A stretch of 64,000 bases of DNA. Origin: a virus. The stretch lies in IMG/VR virus record IMGVR_UViG_3300029267_002377, positions 44,854-108,853 of that record, one strand, 5' to 3'. The position numbers and the translations under genes are program-made. The notes beneath the pieces are model-generated. The model was not told the DNA's origin. It made no database searches and worked only from the letters and a program-made list of their open reading frames with translations. Of the stretch, positions 45,605-56,441 are shown in pieces (position 1 is the first letter of the stretch; every line of letters starts with the position of its first letter).

Positions 45605-45793
45605 ATGAGTGGCAATTTGAAAGAACTGCTCAAAGAGGTGGTGATTCCGGGTATAATTACAGTGAGTCTGGTTGGGGCAGTTATCTACCTGGCGGTAACT
45701 GGTCAAGACATTCCCGAGCTGCTTTCTGCATTTGCTGGTACGGGCATAGGCTACTTCCTCAATTACGCCACCACATCTCGGTCGAGAAAGTAA
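45605..45793 (+). CDS. two-TM holin-like protein
   Basis: Two TM helices, basic C-terminus, GAGGAGG RBS. Confidence 0.6.
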   Translation: MSGNLKELLKEVVIPGIITVSLVGAVIYLAVTGQDIPELLSAFAGTGIGYFLNYATTSRSRK

Positions 45794-46467
45794 TGGAAGA
45801 ACTCGTCAGCGTTGTCGTCCTTTGCTATGGCAAGTGGTATCTAACCTCCGCTTTCCTCGACTCCTTCTTCTCATGGTTGGATTACCCGAGTGAGTTGATA
45901 ATCCTCGATAACGGATCCCCAGATGGCGGAGAGACTTGGGAAGAACTACAGAGAGTCTCTGAGGGCTGGAATCATGTCTGGCTCAAGGATTTTCAAATTC
46001 TCCAATCTGAGGAGAATTTGGGGGTGCCTGGTGGGTGGAACTTTGGAATTCGCCACTCAAGGGGCGACTACATCTGCTTGATAAACAATGATATGGTCAT
46101 CCAGGGCCCCGTTTTGACTCCCATGCTGGTTACTCTAAAGGAGAATCCCAACTGTGGGTGTACTGGTATGCAGCACATGGTTTGGGCTGGAATTCCCTTT
46201 ATCGAAGGAAGTCTGTGGATGTTTTCGAGGGGGGTTTGGGAAGAGGTAGGAGAGTTTGATGAGAGCTACTGGCCCGGCACTTGCGAAGACGTTGACTGGC
46301 AAATTCGAATGAGGGAGAAGGGATGGGTTGAAAAACCTACTTTTGGGTTGAAAGTGTTCCACCACAAGCACCAGTCACGCGAAGGCGTGCTAGGTCCGTT
46401 AGAGGTTCACAGGAACAAGTTGTACCTTTGTGGCAAGTTTAACCTTGATGTATCAATTATAGACTAA
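45793..46467 (+). CDS. glycosyltransferase family 2
   Basis: LDNGSPD, ENLG..GWNFG, LINND, EDVDW. Confidence 0.9.
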   Translation: MEELVSVVVLCYGKWYLTSAFLDSFFSWLDYPSELIILDNGSPDGGETWEELQRVSEGWNHVWLKDFQILQSEENLGVPGGWNFGIRHSRGDYICLINNDMVIQGPVLTPMLVTLKENPNCGCTGMQHMVWAGIPFIEGSLWMFSRGVWEEVGEFDESYWPGTCEDVDWQIRMREKGWVEKPTFGLKVFHHKHQSREGVLGPLEVHRNKLYLCGKFNLDVSIID

Positions 46468-46468
46468 T

Positions 46469-47908
46469 ATGGAACTACTAGACCTATATCACACGTGCGC
46501 GGAAGAGAAACGGCAGGGCAAGAAAATTGTCCTTTGTCACGGTGTTTTCGATGTAGTACATGCGGGGCATATTCAGCACCTAAAAGAAGCAAAAAGCTGC
46601 GGCGATATACTGGTTGTTACTTTAACACCAGATGAGTTTGTACGAAAGGGTCCCAGCCGCCCGGTTTTCAACCAACAAACGAGAGCTTCTGTCGTAGAGG
46701 CGATTAGGTATGTAGATTTAGTCGCCGTAAATGAATCCCCAGATGCTATGGATGTTTTGGAAGCGATTCGGCCAGACGTCTATTGTAAAGGAGAGGAAGT
46801 TTTAGATTGCCCTTCCAACCATATTATCAAAGAAAAAGAGTTTGTAGAAGGTTACGGGGGACGAGTTGCCCTTCTGAGGATGATAGGTGACTTTTCATCT
46901 TCGAAAGTAATCAACCAAACATCTCTTGGCCCAGACCTTGAGAGACTTATTGCCAAAGTAAAGAATCTCGTTAGTTATCGCGACATTGAAAATTATTTTA
47001 CAGAACTTAGAGATCTCAAGGTTTTGGTTGTTGGAGAATACATTCGAGATGAGTATGTGCTCTGTAGGGCATTAAATCGCTCCTCAAAAGATGTTATGGT
47101 TCCGATGCAGCATCTAAGTGAGGACACGTACGCAGGAGGGGCAGCAGTAGTTGCACGTAATTTAGCTCAGTTTTGTGAAAATGTTTCTTTGGTTACTTGC
47201 GGCGATAACCTTGCCTTACAGGGAATCACCACACACCTATGCTCGCACCCAACCATCCGCAAACGGCGGCTGATAGAAAAGGGGACAAGTAGCAAGGTCG
47301 CAGAAGAGATACATCTCGATGAAGACTACCCAGAGACCATTCGCAGAGACTTAGAAAACTCCGTTGGTGCACTTCTTGGTTCTGTAGATGCTGTTATAGT
47401 TTGCGATTATGGTCATGGGCTGTTTACAAAAGATCTAATTGGTTACATTATCGGAGAATCTCCCTTCTTGGCAGTCAACGTTCAAACCAATTCAGCCAAC
47501 TATGGTTATAACCTAGTTACCAAATGGTATGATGTAGACTATGCTGTTATTGATGAGAAAGAGCTTAGATTGGCTTGCGGCGATAAGAAAGGAGCTATTG
47601 GGGATTTAGCAGCCAACCTAGACGTGGCAAATATTTTAGCAGTTACTCTCGGGCACGAGGGATCTGTCACCTACCAAGGAGGAGGATTCGTTGAGTATTT
47701 TCCTCCAGTGGCATCCTCTGTTGTAGACACAGTAGGAGCAGGGGATGCGTTTTTATCAATCACTGCTCCTTTGGTCGCTTTAGGACTTCCGCTGACTGTA
47801 GTTGGGCTCCTAGGCAACGCCTATGGGGCAATGAAGGTGTCAATATTTGGAAACAAGCCGGTTGACCCAATTGAATTTAAGAAGTTTATCAAAGGATTAC
47901 TGGCATGA
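46469..47908 (+). CDS. nucleotidyltransferase + PfkB sugar kinase fusion (HldE-like, reversed domain order)
   Basis: HGVFDVVHAGH; DYGHG; VDTVGAGDAF. Confidence 0.9.
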   Translation: MELLDLYHTCAEEKRQGKKIVLCHGVFDVVHAGHIQHLKEAKSCGDILVVTLTPDEFVRKGPSRPVFNQQTRASVVEAIRYVDLVAVNESPDAMDVLEAIRPDVYCKGEEVLDCPSNHIIKEKEFVEGYGGRVALLRMIGDFSSSKVINQTSLGPDLERLIAKVKNLVSYRDIENYFTELRDLKVLVVGEYIRDEYVLCRALNRSSKDVMVPMQHLSEDTYAGGAAVVARNLAQFCENVSLVTCGDNLALQGITTHLCSHPTIRKRRLIEKGTSSKVAEEIHLDEDYPETIRRDLENSVGALLGSVDAVIVCDYGHGLFTKDLIGYIIGESPFLAVNVQTNSANYGYNLVTKWYDVDYAVIDEKELRLACGDKKGAIGDLAANLDVANILAVTLGHEGSVTYQGGGFVEYFPPVASSVVDTVGAGDAFLSITAPLVALGLPLTVVGLLGNAYGAMKVSIFGNKPVDPIEFKKFIKGLLA

Positions 47909-48861
47909 GAGTTCTGGTTGTTGGTGGGGCAGGGTATGTGGGGCATGTTTTGGTTCCTACATTAGTCAAGCGTGGCCACGATGTCGTAGTAGCTGATTGG
48001 TTACTGTTCGATGAGTGGCCAGAGGGCAGTATTGAAAACATCCAAGTTGACATTCGGGAGCCGACTGAGGGGTTTACCAAAGCTCTCAGAGATGCAGATT
48101 GCATAGTCCACTTAGCAGCTATCAGTAATGACCCCTGCTCAGAGCTAGATGCTGATCTAACTTGGACAACCAATGTAGGTGGAACACTCAACGTCGTCAG
48201 AGGCTGTGGCTGCCAGCGGCTAATTTACGCTAGTTCATCCTCTGTCTACGGTATATGTGAAGAGAAAGCTACAGAAAATAGTCCATTGAAACCACTAACG
48301 AGGTACTCCGCCTCCAAAGTTTGGGCGGAGCGGGTTGTAGAGCCCGAGATTCCAGATGTGGTTGTTGTAAGGCCAGCAACTCTGATGGGATACTCTCCTC
48401 GGATGCGGTTTGATCTCATGGTTAACGGGTTTACAGGACAGGCAGCAGAAGACGGTCAGATAGAGCTTTGGGGCGGGCAACAGTACCGCTCTCTTCTTCA
48501 CATTCAAGACATGGTCAATTTCTATTGTACACTTGTTGAGTGGCCTGGGCTGATAGTACATCCAGAAGCCAATATTTTCAATGTCTCAGCTGTTAGCATG
48601 ACCACAGGAGAAATTGCTCAACTGGTTAGTGATTGCACCGGGGCCGAGATCAACTTGATCGAAGAGTGCAGAGACAACAGATCCTACCAAGTTCGTGGGG
48701 ATAGGGCGGAAGAGTATTTTCAATGGAAACCTCAGTATACCGTTGAAGACGCTATTATGGAAATCTTAGAGGCCATCCACGAAAGCAAAACGAGTCAAAA
48801 TGACCCAAGAACCATCAATGTCAAGTGGATGAGAAAGAAGGGCTATGGATCCTCTTATTAA
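47905..48861 (+). CDS. NAD-dependent sugar epimerase/dehydratase
   Basis: GGAGYVG, YSASK, RMRFDLMVN. Confidence 0.92.
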   Translation: MRVLVVGGAGYVGHVLVPTLVKRGHDVVVADWLLFDEWPEGSIENIQVDIREPTEGFTKALRDADCIVHLAAISNDPCSELDADLTWTTNVGGTLNVVRGCGCQRLIYASSSSVYGICEEKATENSPLKPLTRYSASKVWAERVVEPEIPDVVVVRPATLMGYSPRMRFDLMVNGFTGQAAEDGQIELWGGQQYRSLLHIQDMVNFYCTLVEWPGLIVHPEANIFNVSAVSMTTGEIAQLVSDCTGAEINLIEECRDNRSYQVRGDRAEEYFQWKPQYTVEDAIMEILEAIHESKTSQNDPRTINVKWMRKKGYGSSY

Positions 48862-49720
48862 AGATATGTTGCGTATAAGGCGGTTTGAGGAGGAAGTCTC
48901 AAACCGCTATATGTCTGAGCTGCTGATGCGTTGTCCGATCCACCTCTGCAACGGGCAAGAGGCAGTAGCTGTCGGTGTCTGTTCTTACCTTAAACAAACA
49001 GACTGGGTATTTCCTTCTCATAGAAATCATCATTGGTACCTGGCCAAGGGCGGAGATATACGAGCCTTGGCCGCTGAGCTGTACAGCAAAAAAACTGGCT
49101 GCTCAGGCGGCATGGGTGGTTCAATGCACGTCGTAGATACGGAAGTTGGGGTCAGTCTTTCCTCATCAATCGTCGCCTCCAACATTCCAGTAGCTGTCGG
49201 TGCCGCCTGGGCCTTCAAAATGAAAGGAACAGGACAAATCGCGGTCGCTCCCTTTGGAGATGGGGCTCTCGATGAAGGGGTTTTTTGGGAGTCTTTAAAC
49301 TTTGCGGCATTGAAAAAGCTTCCTGTTCTATTTGTGCTGGAAGACAATGGGTATGCCACACACTCTCCTACTGAGAGCAGGTTCTGCGGGTCTGTCAAGC
49401 ATAAGGTTGAGAGTTTTGGTGCAGTATATGGATTTGTGAAAGGCAACGATCCGTTTAAGGTAAAAGAGAAGATAGAATTCTTAGTCCGGTCGGTTCGAGA
49501 TAATCATCCAGCGCTTCTTCACTGCAAAGTTTGTAGGTGGATGGAGCATGTAGGACCGGGGGAGGATTTTCATTTAGGATATAGGGACGATGTAGCTATT
49601 CGATTGGATCAAGAATTGGATTTGTTGCGGGGAGTAAAAGATACTACGGTGAACGAAGAAGTTAAAGATGCCTTTGAGTTTGCTAGGGTTTCGGAGTTCC
49701 CAGAGAGCTGTTTCGTATGA
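48845..49720 (+). CDS. TPP-dependent dehydrogenase E1 alpha-like subunit
   Basis: HLCNGQEA, GGSMH, FGDGA..EDN. Confidence 0.92.
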   Translation: MDPLIKDMLRIRRFEEEVSNRYMSELLMRCPIHLCNGQEAVAVGVCSYLKQTDWVFPSHRNHHWYLAKGGDIRALAAELYSKKTGCSGGMGGSMHVVDTEVGVSLSSSIVASNIPVAVGAAWAFKMKGTGQIAVAPFGDGALDEGVFWESLNFAALKKLPVLFVLEDNGYATHSPTESRFCGSVKHKVESFGAVYGFVKGNDPFKVKEKIEFLVRSVRDNHPALLHCKVCRWMEHVGPGEDFHLGYRDDVAIRLDQELDLLRGVKDTTVNEEVKDAFEFARVSEFPESCFV

Positions 49721-50637
49721 AAACGTACAAAGAAGCAATTCACGAGGCGCTGAAGATTGCACAAGAAGTTAACCCAACAGTTTTTGTTATGGGTGAGGGG
49801 GTTGATGATCCCAAAGGAGTGTTTGAGACTACCAAAGATCTTCCAAGGGCTTATGATATGCCACTCTGTGAAGAAGGATTCACTGGGTTTGCAATTGGAG
49901 CCGCTCTAATGGACATGCGACCCGTAATTGTACACGCACGCGTGGATTTTATGCTGGTTGGAATGAACCAGCTAGTCAACATGGCCGCTAAAATCCACCA
50001 CAGTTCGGGTGGCAAACAGCATGTGCCAATAGTGATCCGAGCTATTATCGGAAAAGGCTGGGGGCAGGGCTCTCAACATTCTCAATCTCTTCTCTCAACG
50101 TTTGCCCACATTCCTGGACTAAAAGTAATTGCTCCCAGCAATGCTTACGATGCAAAAGGCATGCTCCTGCACGCGATATTTGAGGAGCAGGATCCAGTTA
50201 TTTTTATTGAGCACCGTAGACTCTATGATCTGGAGGATGAAGTTCCAGATGGGTATTACACAGAGTTTCCTGGAGTTAAGGTCGTTCGTTCAGGAGCTAC
50301 AAAAACTATAGTTGGGATGTCTTACACAACCCCCCTAGCAATACACGAAAATCATGTGGCAGAGATTGTGGATGTCTCATCTCTGAGGTCTCTTTATGGT
50401 AAGGAACTTATTCTTAACTCTCTTAAGAGAACTGGATACATTGAGATTTGGGAGCCGGATTGGATTGCTTGTGGTATATCTGCTGAAATCGCCGCCTGGG
50501 TAGCAGAGGAGTATTTAGGTGTGAGAAGAAAAGGATTTGCTGATTGTCCTTCTCCTACTTCCTGGAAATTGGAAGAGGATTTCTATGGAACAAAAGGTCT
50601 TCCTGGAGAGTGTATCCCTGGTGAAGGACCATTTTAA
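49717..50637 (+). CDS. TPP-dependent dehydrogenase E1 beta-like subunit
   Basis: MGEGV, DMPLCE, GSQHSQ, DPVIFIEH. Confidence 0.92.
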   Translation: MKTYKEAIHEALKIAQEVNPTVFVMGEGVDDPKGVFETTKDLPRAYDMPLCEEGFTGFAIGAALMDMRPVIVHARVDFMLVGMNQLVNMAAKIHHSSGGKQHVPIVIRAIIGKGWGQGSQHSQSLLSTFAHIPGLKVIAPSNAYDAKGMLLHAIFEEQDPVIFIEHRRLYDLEDEVPDGYYTEFPGVKVVRSGATKTIVGMSYTTPLAIHENHVAEIVDVSSLRSLYGKELILNSLKRTGYIEIWEPDWIACGISAEIAAWVAEEYLGVRRKGFADCPSPTSWKLEEDFYGTKGLPGECIPGEGPF

Positions 50638-52163
50638 TGCTAGAAAGTTGGGTAATTGTTTCGACTATACGGTTGAACAGCGCGATAAAAATAGCAGAAG
50701 AAGTACTAAAAACAGAATGCAACCTCGCAATAGGAGTTAACGGAGACAAAAGTATTTTCAAAGGATTACAAGAAATCCAAAGAAAGCACCCTCAACAGTT
50801 CTTACTGAGGCTGGGAAATTGGCGGCAATCTGTTGAGGTTACTAACGAGTTATACGGCATTCTAAGAACCCGCAATCCGAGCAAAAATATCCTTGCGTTT
50901 CCCCTGCCGGACGACATGAGATTGAATGCCGGTTGGTATGAGGGGTTTGCAAAGGGGTATAATGACGCCGGTCAGCCCGGTGTGGCTGTTTTGGCGGGGA
51001 ATGATGGGCGTACCAATTGTAACGTAGCCGGGTTTGCTGGGCTCACCGCTGAGTATTGTGACATCCACCAAAATGGGTGGCTTCTGTGCCCTGAGTATCT
51101 TCATTGGTATTTGGATTTTGAGATAACCAGGGTAGCGTTGAGGCTCGGTTTGTTCTACAAATGTCCTGCTGCGCTGGCTGTTCACCAAATGCTAGACCAC
51201 AGTAGTAACATACACACTGACGATTTTGACATTGACCACACTGTGTTTGAAAAGAGAAACAAGTTGATGTTTTCGTACAACGGTATTCCAGAAGCACCAT
51301 GGAGATACTACAAATCTGTGAAACCGCCCACCAAAAAGGCTAGTAAAGAGAAAAAGAGCGTGGTTTCAACACCTCCTGCTGCAGTGAAAGACGCTCCCAA
51401 AAAGAGTGCTAAGAATGTCAACTCACCCATTAAAGCAAATATCGATAAGCACGCTGACGCTAAGGCAATAATGTTTTGCGCCACACACGGAAGATTAGCT
51501 CATGCCAAGAGAACTGTACAGAATGTCCTAGATACATCGGATTGCCATATTATCATGATCGTAGGTCAGTCCCGTCCAGAATATGAGGAGCTCTCACAGT
51601 ATGTAGAATCCCTGCCCCACAAATCTAGGGTTAGTGTCGTGTTCTATGAGGAGAGCAAAAGTTTCTCAGACGCAATTAACACGGCTTGGGGACTAGTAAG
51701 ACAGACCTGGCCTGGTGAGAATATCTTAGGCTTAGCCACTGCGGATGATATGGAGTTCAAACCAAAATGGTTTACCCATGCAATGATATGCTACGATAGG
51801 TACCTCCCTGAGCGGGATGGGCTAATGTTTCTAAATGACTTAAAGGCGCCCGAGATGAACGTACCCAATGTCGGAGCAAACGGTTTGTGTATGGTTTCTG
51901 CTAAGTTTTGTGACTTGTATATGGCTGGGTGGTTAGTGAGTCCTTTCTACCCATGTAACTGGATAGACATAGAATATGCGGAAGTTGCAAAGAAACACAA
52001 TAAGATGTCGTATTGTCCAGATGCCAATGTATACCATCTTCTTATAGGTTGGGATGAAACATTTAACAGTCAAGAATTTAGGGACGCAAAGGATACATAC
52101 TATAGGCGTTTAGAAGAGGGATTTCCGTATCCCGAAGCGGCGCCCTGGAGACACTGGAGGTGA
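50637..52163 (+). CDS. tandem two-domain GT-A glycosyltransferase-like protein
   Basis: Two similar halves (PDDM..W..ND..Y..D.E / ADDM..W..ND..Y..D.E) joined by a K/P/A/S linker. Confidence 0.65.
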   Translation: MLESWVIVSTIRLNSAIKIAEEVLKTECNLAIGVNGDKSIFKGLQEIQRKHPQQFLLRLGNWRQSVEVTNELYGILRTRNPSKNILAFPLPDDMRLNAGWYEGFAKGYNDAGQPGVAVLAGNDGRTNCNVAGFAGLTAEYCDIHQNGWLLCPEYLHWYLDFEITRVALRLGLFYKCPAALAVHQMLDHSSNIHTDDFDIDHTVFEKRNKLMFSYNGIPEAPWRYYKSVKPPTKKASKEKKSVVSTPPAAVKDAPKKSAKNVNSPIKANIDKHADAKAIMFCATHGRLAHAKRTVQNVLDTSDCHIIMIVGQSRPEYEELSQYVESLPHKSRVSVVFYEESKSFSDAINTAWGLVRQTWPGENILGLATADDMEFKPKWFTHAMICYDRYLPERDGLMFLNDLKAPEMNVPNVGANGLCMVSAKFCDLYMAGWLVSPFYPCNWIDIEYAEVAKKHNKMSYCPDANVYHLLIGWDETFNSQEFRDAKDTYYRRLEEGFPYPEAAPWRHWR

Positions 52164-53623
52164 GAGTTCTTTTTGTCGCGCATGACCTGGGTTTTATTGC
52201 TCCCATTGGCGTGCAGTATCTTTCTGCCGTTGCGAAAACCTTAGGTTGGGAAACTCGCTTAGCAGTCATCGCAAGCCAACACGTTTTGGACGTTATCAAC
52301 CAGTGGGAGCCTGACATGGTGGCCTACTCCTCCTGCACAGGTGAGCATAAATATTATCATCAGTTCAACAAAGTTGTATCCGAGCTGCATCCCGAAATAT
52401 GGACAATTATGGGGGGACCCCACCCGACGTTCTTCCCTGATGCTCTTGGGCACGACTCGCTCGATGCTGTTTGTGTGGGGGAAGGAGAGGGAGCTTTTGG
52501 TGATTTCCTCCTAGCAGTTGAGAATGGGTCAGTAATACACGATATTCCGAATCTTAGGACCAAAGATGGGTACAGCCCTCCCAGACCTCTTGTTCGCGAT
52601 TTAGACACTCTTCCAGTTCCGGATGTCTCAATATTCTATGGGCCCCCGGACAGCTGGACAACTATGGGGGGAAACAACCTCAAGAGTTTTATAACTGGTA
52701 GGGGGTGTCCTTACAACTGCTCCTATTGCTTTAACCATGCTTGGAAGAAATTATACTCCGGCAAAGGCAAGCTGGTTAGAAGACACTCAGTAGATTATAT
52801 CTTAGATTTGTTGAAGTATGTCAAAAAGAATTACCCACTAGCCGTTGTCAAATTCTATGACGATGTTTTCGCATTTTCCTTGGATGACTGGCTGGTTGCG
52901 TTTGGAGACAGATATCCAATTGAGATTGGGTTGCCATTTTACATTTTGACCCGCGCAGACCTCTTAACTGAAGATATTATCAAGGTTCTGAAAGAAGCTG
53001 GCTGTACTACAATCTCAATGAGCATTGAGCACGGCAGAGAGTCAATCAGAAATGACCAACTAAGGCGCAATATGTCAGATCAGCAGATACTTGATGCGTT
53101 CGCCTTGTGTAAGAAGTATGGGATCATGACGTTTTCAAACACCATAGTTGGGTTGCCTGATGCTACAATCGCGGACGACGTCTATTCCGTGAAGTTTAAT
53201 ATTAAGGCGGGCGCCGACTATGCGGAGTTCCCAGTGTTCCACCCATATCCTGGAACTGACCTAGGTAATAGTGTGATCGAACGAGGCTTATATGACGGAG
53301 ACTTTAACGCTATTCCAAAGTTCTATATGGGCAGGAGCCCTCTTAATAGTTTTTCAGAACAGGAGAAGGATGTCCATAGCAATATCGCCCTTCTCGGTAT
53401 GATTGCTGTCGTCATCCCGAGGGCTTGGCCCGCTATCCGGCGGCTAATTAGGGTAAGGCATACTCATTGGGTAAATAAGCTCTACACTGTTGTGTATCAA
53501 ATCATCAAGACTTTTATGATTAGAAGGATTTATCCAACCAACACTCCCTGGAGAGAGTTCTTGCCTATATTGTGGGAGTCGTTTAGACAGGAGTTCTTAA
53601 AGCACGAGGTGACAGATGGGTAG
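52160..53623 (+). CDS. B12-binding radical SAM enzyme (class B methyltransferase-like)
   Basis: GGPHPT, GEGE, RGCPYNCSYC, YPGT. Confidence 0.92.
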   Translation: MRVLFVAHDLGFIAPIGVQYLSAVAKTLGWETRLAVIASQHVLDVINQWEPDMVAYSSCTGEHKYYHQFNKVVSELHPEIWTIMGGPHPTFFPDALGHDSLDAVCVGEGEGAFGDFLLAVENGSVIHDIPNLRTKDGYSPPRPLVRDLDTLPVPDVSIFYGPPDSWTTMGGNNLKSFITGRGCPYNCSYCFNHAWKKLYSGKGKLVRRHSVDYILDLLKYVKKNYPLAVVKFYDDVFAFSLDDWLVAFGDRYPIEIGLPFYILTRADLLTEDIIKVLKEAGCTTISMSIEHGRESIRNDQLRRNMSDQQILDAFALCKKYGIMTFSNTIVGLPDATIADDVYSVKFNIKAGADYAEFPVFHPYPGTDLGNSVIERGLYDGDFNAIPKFYMGRSPLNSFSEQEKDVHSNIALLGMIAVVIPRAWPAIRRLIRVRHTHWVNKLYTVVYQIIKTFMIRRIYPTNTPWREFLPILWESFRQEFLKHEVTDG

Positions 53624-54062
53624 CAGTAGGTGGGGAGATGGTCAGTTAGTCGTAAGGCAACAGGGCCGAGAAGTTAGCCCTCAGATACTAAACCAGCCAT
53701 CCGGCCTTGATCTAGAAGAGGGGGTCACTTGGACAGACTTTAACGATTGCTTTTTCAATATCCCTCCAGGCAGTCACGTACATATCGGCAGAGATATTAA
53801 AGTAGGTATGGGGGTACATATCACAACTGCCTACCACCCCATACACCCAGATCACCGGAAAACAACCAAAACAAAAGATATATTCATCGGTAGAAATGTT
53901 TTTATCGGCACGGGCGTGATTATCATTGGTGGAGTTACAATCGGAGACAACTCGGTTATAGGCGCGGGGGCAGTCGTAACAAGAGACGTACCTGCCGACA
54001 CGTTTGCCGCCGGTGTACCGGCTAGACCAATCTGCAATGTCTACGAGTGGAAAGATGACTAA
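53616..54062 (+). CDS. hexapeptide-repeat sugar O-acetyltransferase
   Basis: IGDNSVIGAGAVVTRDVP..GVPAR. Confidence 0.9.
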   Translation: MGSSRWGDGQLVVRQQGREVSPQILNQPSGLDLEEGVTWTDFNDCFFNIPPGSHVHIGRDIKVGMGVHITTAYHPIHPDHRKTTKTKDIFIGRNVFIGTGVIIIGGVTIGDNSVIGAGAVVTRDVPADTFAAGVPARPICNVYEWKDD

Positions 54063-55242
54063 AAATATAGTTTTACTAGCGTGGGATTGTGCGAGACGAG
54101 ATCATTGTTCTCTTTATGGGTATGATCGGGAAACTACACCATTCTTAGATTCGATCGAGCCAAAGCTGGTATATGACCAAGCTATTAGCCAGTCCTTTTG
54201 GTCACTGCCTGTGGCATACACTGTTTTTACTGGAAAATATCCTTGGCAGCACGGCGCGACAATGCGTACCGCAGGAGGTCCCCACCGCGCCCAAACATTT
54301 ACAGACTGGAGGCGGAATAAGCTTCTCCCACAAATGCTGCAAGAGGTGGGCTACTCAACTTGGTGCTATTCTGATAACTCATGGATAGACCCCGCTACTG
54401 ATATAAGGGGATTTGACCATTTCTACGACTACCGTCTTTTTCAACAATCGCCTGAAGGCCGTGGGGGCCGAGTTGTAGACAAGGTGATTGACACTTTCAG
54501 ACCTGAAAAGCCCTTTTTCTTCTTCTCCCATTGGTTAGACGCGCATGACCCTTACCACGTGCCAGAACAGTTTTTTCAATGGGCGTCGGATCGCTCTCTT
54601 CACACAAATGTAAATCTATACTTCACCGAAAGATTACCCTGGGGGGAGAAGGAGTTTGGTCAGCTTCGAGATAGGTACGACGAAGCTATGGTCTACATGG
54701 ATTACCAACTAAAGAGATTGGTAGAGTGGCTTAGTGCAGAGGATTACGCAGAGGATACTATTTTCATTCTATACGGAGATCATGGAGAGTATTTCGGTGA
54801 GCACGGTTTGTACCATCATACGTGTATGCTATACGATGAGGTTCTAAGAGTTCCCTTAGTAGTATGGGGAGAGGGAATTAAATCGAAAGTAAACTATGAC
54901 CAAATCGAACTCCGGTATGTTTTTAATATGGTAGCACACGAGACCGGGTTATCTGAAAGGTCGGTTGGATTAGATCCCTACGCCGTGTCTTCGGTAGATT
55001 TTCCTAATCTTATAATGCAAGACTATTGGATGGTGGATGCTTTATATGATAACCCAAAACTATTCTCGCCCAAAGTTTCGGTTCGGACGCCGGAGTGGAA
55101 GTACATTCGGAGCCTGCGCGGGGACGAATTTTACGACCTAACACAAGATCCCAGAGAGCAGAATAATATCTATCACCCAGACCACCGAGCTAACGGTCCA
55201 GTTTGGGATAGTCTACATCTTCTAGACGGGTTAGGTATATGA
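54055..55242 (+). CDS. sulfatase/alkaline phosphatase superfamily enzyme 1
   Basis: WDCARRD, WSLPV..TG, HDPY, GDHGE. Confidence 0.88.
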   Translation: MTKNIVLLAWDCARRDHCSLYGYDRETTPFLDSIEPKLVYDQAISQSFWSLPVAYTVFTGKYPWQHGATMRTAGGPHRAQTFTDWRRNKLLPQMLQEVGYSTWCYSDNSWIDPATDIRGFDHFYDYRLFQQSPEGRGGRVVDKVIDTFRPEKPFFFFSHWLDAHDPYHVPEQFFQWASDRSLHTNVNLYFTERLPWGEKEFGQLRDRYDEAMVYMDYQLKRLVEWLSAEDYAEDTIFILYGDHGEYFGEHGLYHHTCMLYDEVLRVPLVVWGEGIKSKVNYDQIELRYVFNMVAHETGLSERSVGLDPYAVSSVDFPNLIMQDYWMVDALYDNPKLFSPKVSVRTPEWKYIRSLRGDEFYDLTQDPREQNNIYHPDHRANGPVWDSLHLLDGLGI

Positions 55243-56441
55243 GAAATATCATATTAGTGGCATGGGATGGTCTGAGATACGATCACTGTTCGATATATGG
55301 GTATGAGAGAAAGACAACTCCTTTCCTTGACTTAATAGCTAAGCAGGGCTGGATTTTCAATCAAGCAATCTCTCATTCTTATTGGTCACTACCATCACAC
55401 TATTCTGTTTGCACTGGCAAGTATCCTTATGAGCATGGTGCGCTTATGGAAAATACAAAATTAGATGGAACAGTAACTCCTTTGCCCAACCAACCGCTGC
55501 TAGCTGAAACTCTCAAAGGGATGGGATACTCAACATGGTCTTACATGGACGGAAGTTGGGTAACAGATCGGTCTGGATTATCAAGGGGGTTTGACCACTT
55601 TTATGAGTATACATTATTCAGAGATCCGCCTATCGAGGGTTGGGGCGGCAGGCTCCTGAATAAACTTTTCGATACATTCGAACCCCAAGAGCCTTTCTTT
55701 TTGTGGGTGGGAACAAGGGATAACCATGTTCCTTTCAATGTGCCCAAAGAGTTTGAGGTTTATGCCAAATCCCGAAGGTTAGAAACTAGACCAGATCAGT
55801 ACTACACTGGCTCAGTTATATGGGGGGAAGAGGAATGCCAGGAGGCCAAAGATAGGTACGATGAGGGGGTGCACTATCAAGATCATAACCTTAACCTTCT
55901 ATGGGCCTGGCTAGAAGAAAAAGGATACTTAGAGGACACTGCATTTATATTCTACGGAGATCATGGGGAGGCAATGTGTGATAGGTGGATGGGAGATCGC
56001 TACTTATTTGAGCATACCTGTGTTTTCTATGATGAACTCCTTCATGTTCCACTAATTGTTTGGGCCCCTGACTTAGCCCCTCAGCAGATAGATTGCCAAG
56101 TAGAGCTAAAGAAGATCTACAACATTGTTTTAGATCTCGCTGGCCACAAAGAATCAGATCCTGCGGATTATCATTCACCATACGCGATCTCACAAGCATC
56201 ATATCCTAAAATTATATCCTACATTTGGAAACAGAGTAATCCTGAGTACGATAGCCCATATATATTTTCAGAAAAGGTTTCTGTTCGGACATCAGAGTGG
56301 AAGTACATTCACACGAAGCGGTGGGGGGAAGAGTTGTACGACCTGACAGCAGACCCCAAGGAACGCGAAAATATTTTCAATCCAAACTCCCCTGAGGTTA
56401 AAGTAGCAAAAGCACAACTGGAGGATATTACATGCAAGTAG
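55239..56441 (+). CDS. sulfatase/alkaline phosphatase superfamily enzyme 2 (paralog)
   Basis: WDGLRYD, WSLPSH..TG, HVPF, GDHGE. Confidence 0.88.
   Translation: MRNIILVAWDGLRYDHCSIYGYERKTTPFLDLIAKQGWIFNQAISHSYWSLPSHYSVCTGKYPYEHGALMENTKLDGTVTPLPNQPLLAETLKGMGYSTWSYMDGSWVTDRSGLSRGFDHFYEYTLFRDPPIEGWGGRLLNKLFDTFEPQEPFFLWVGTRDNHVPFNVPKEFEVYAKSRRLETRPDQYYTGSVIWGEEECQEAKDRYDEGVHYQDHNLNLLWAWLEEKGYLEDTAFIFYGDHGEAMCDRWMGDRYLFEHTCVFYDELLHVPLIVWAPDLAPQQIDCQVELKKIYNIVLDLAGHKESDPADYHSPYAISQASYPKIISYIWKQSNPEYDSPYIFSEKVSVRTSEWKYIHTKRWGEELYDLTADPKERENIFNPNSPEVKVAKAQLEDITCK

Noticed and set aside
48845-50637. Pyruvate dehydrogenase as a central-metabolism auxiliary gene
   Set aside because: No E2/E3 subunits; the context is nucleotide-sugar biosynthesis.
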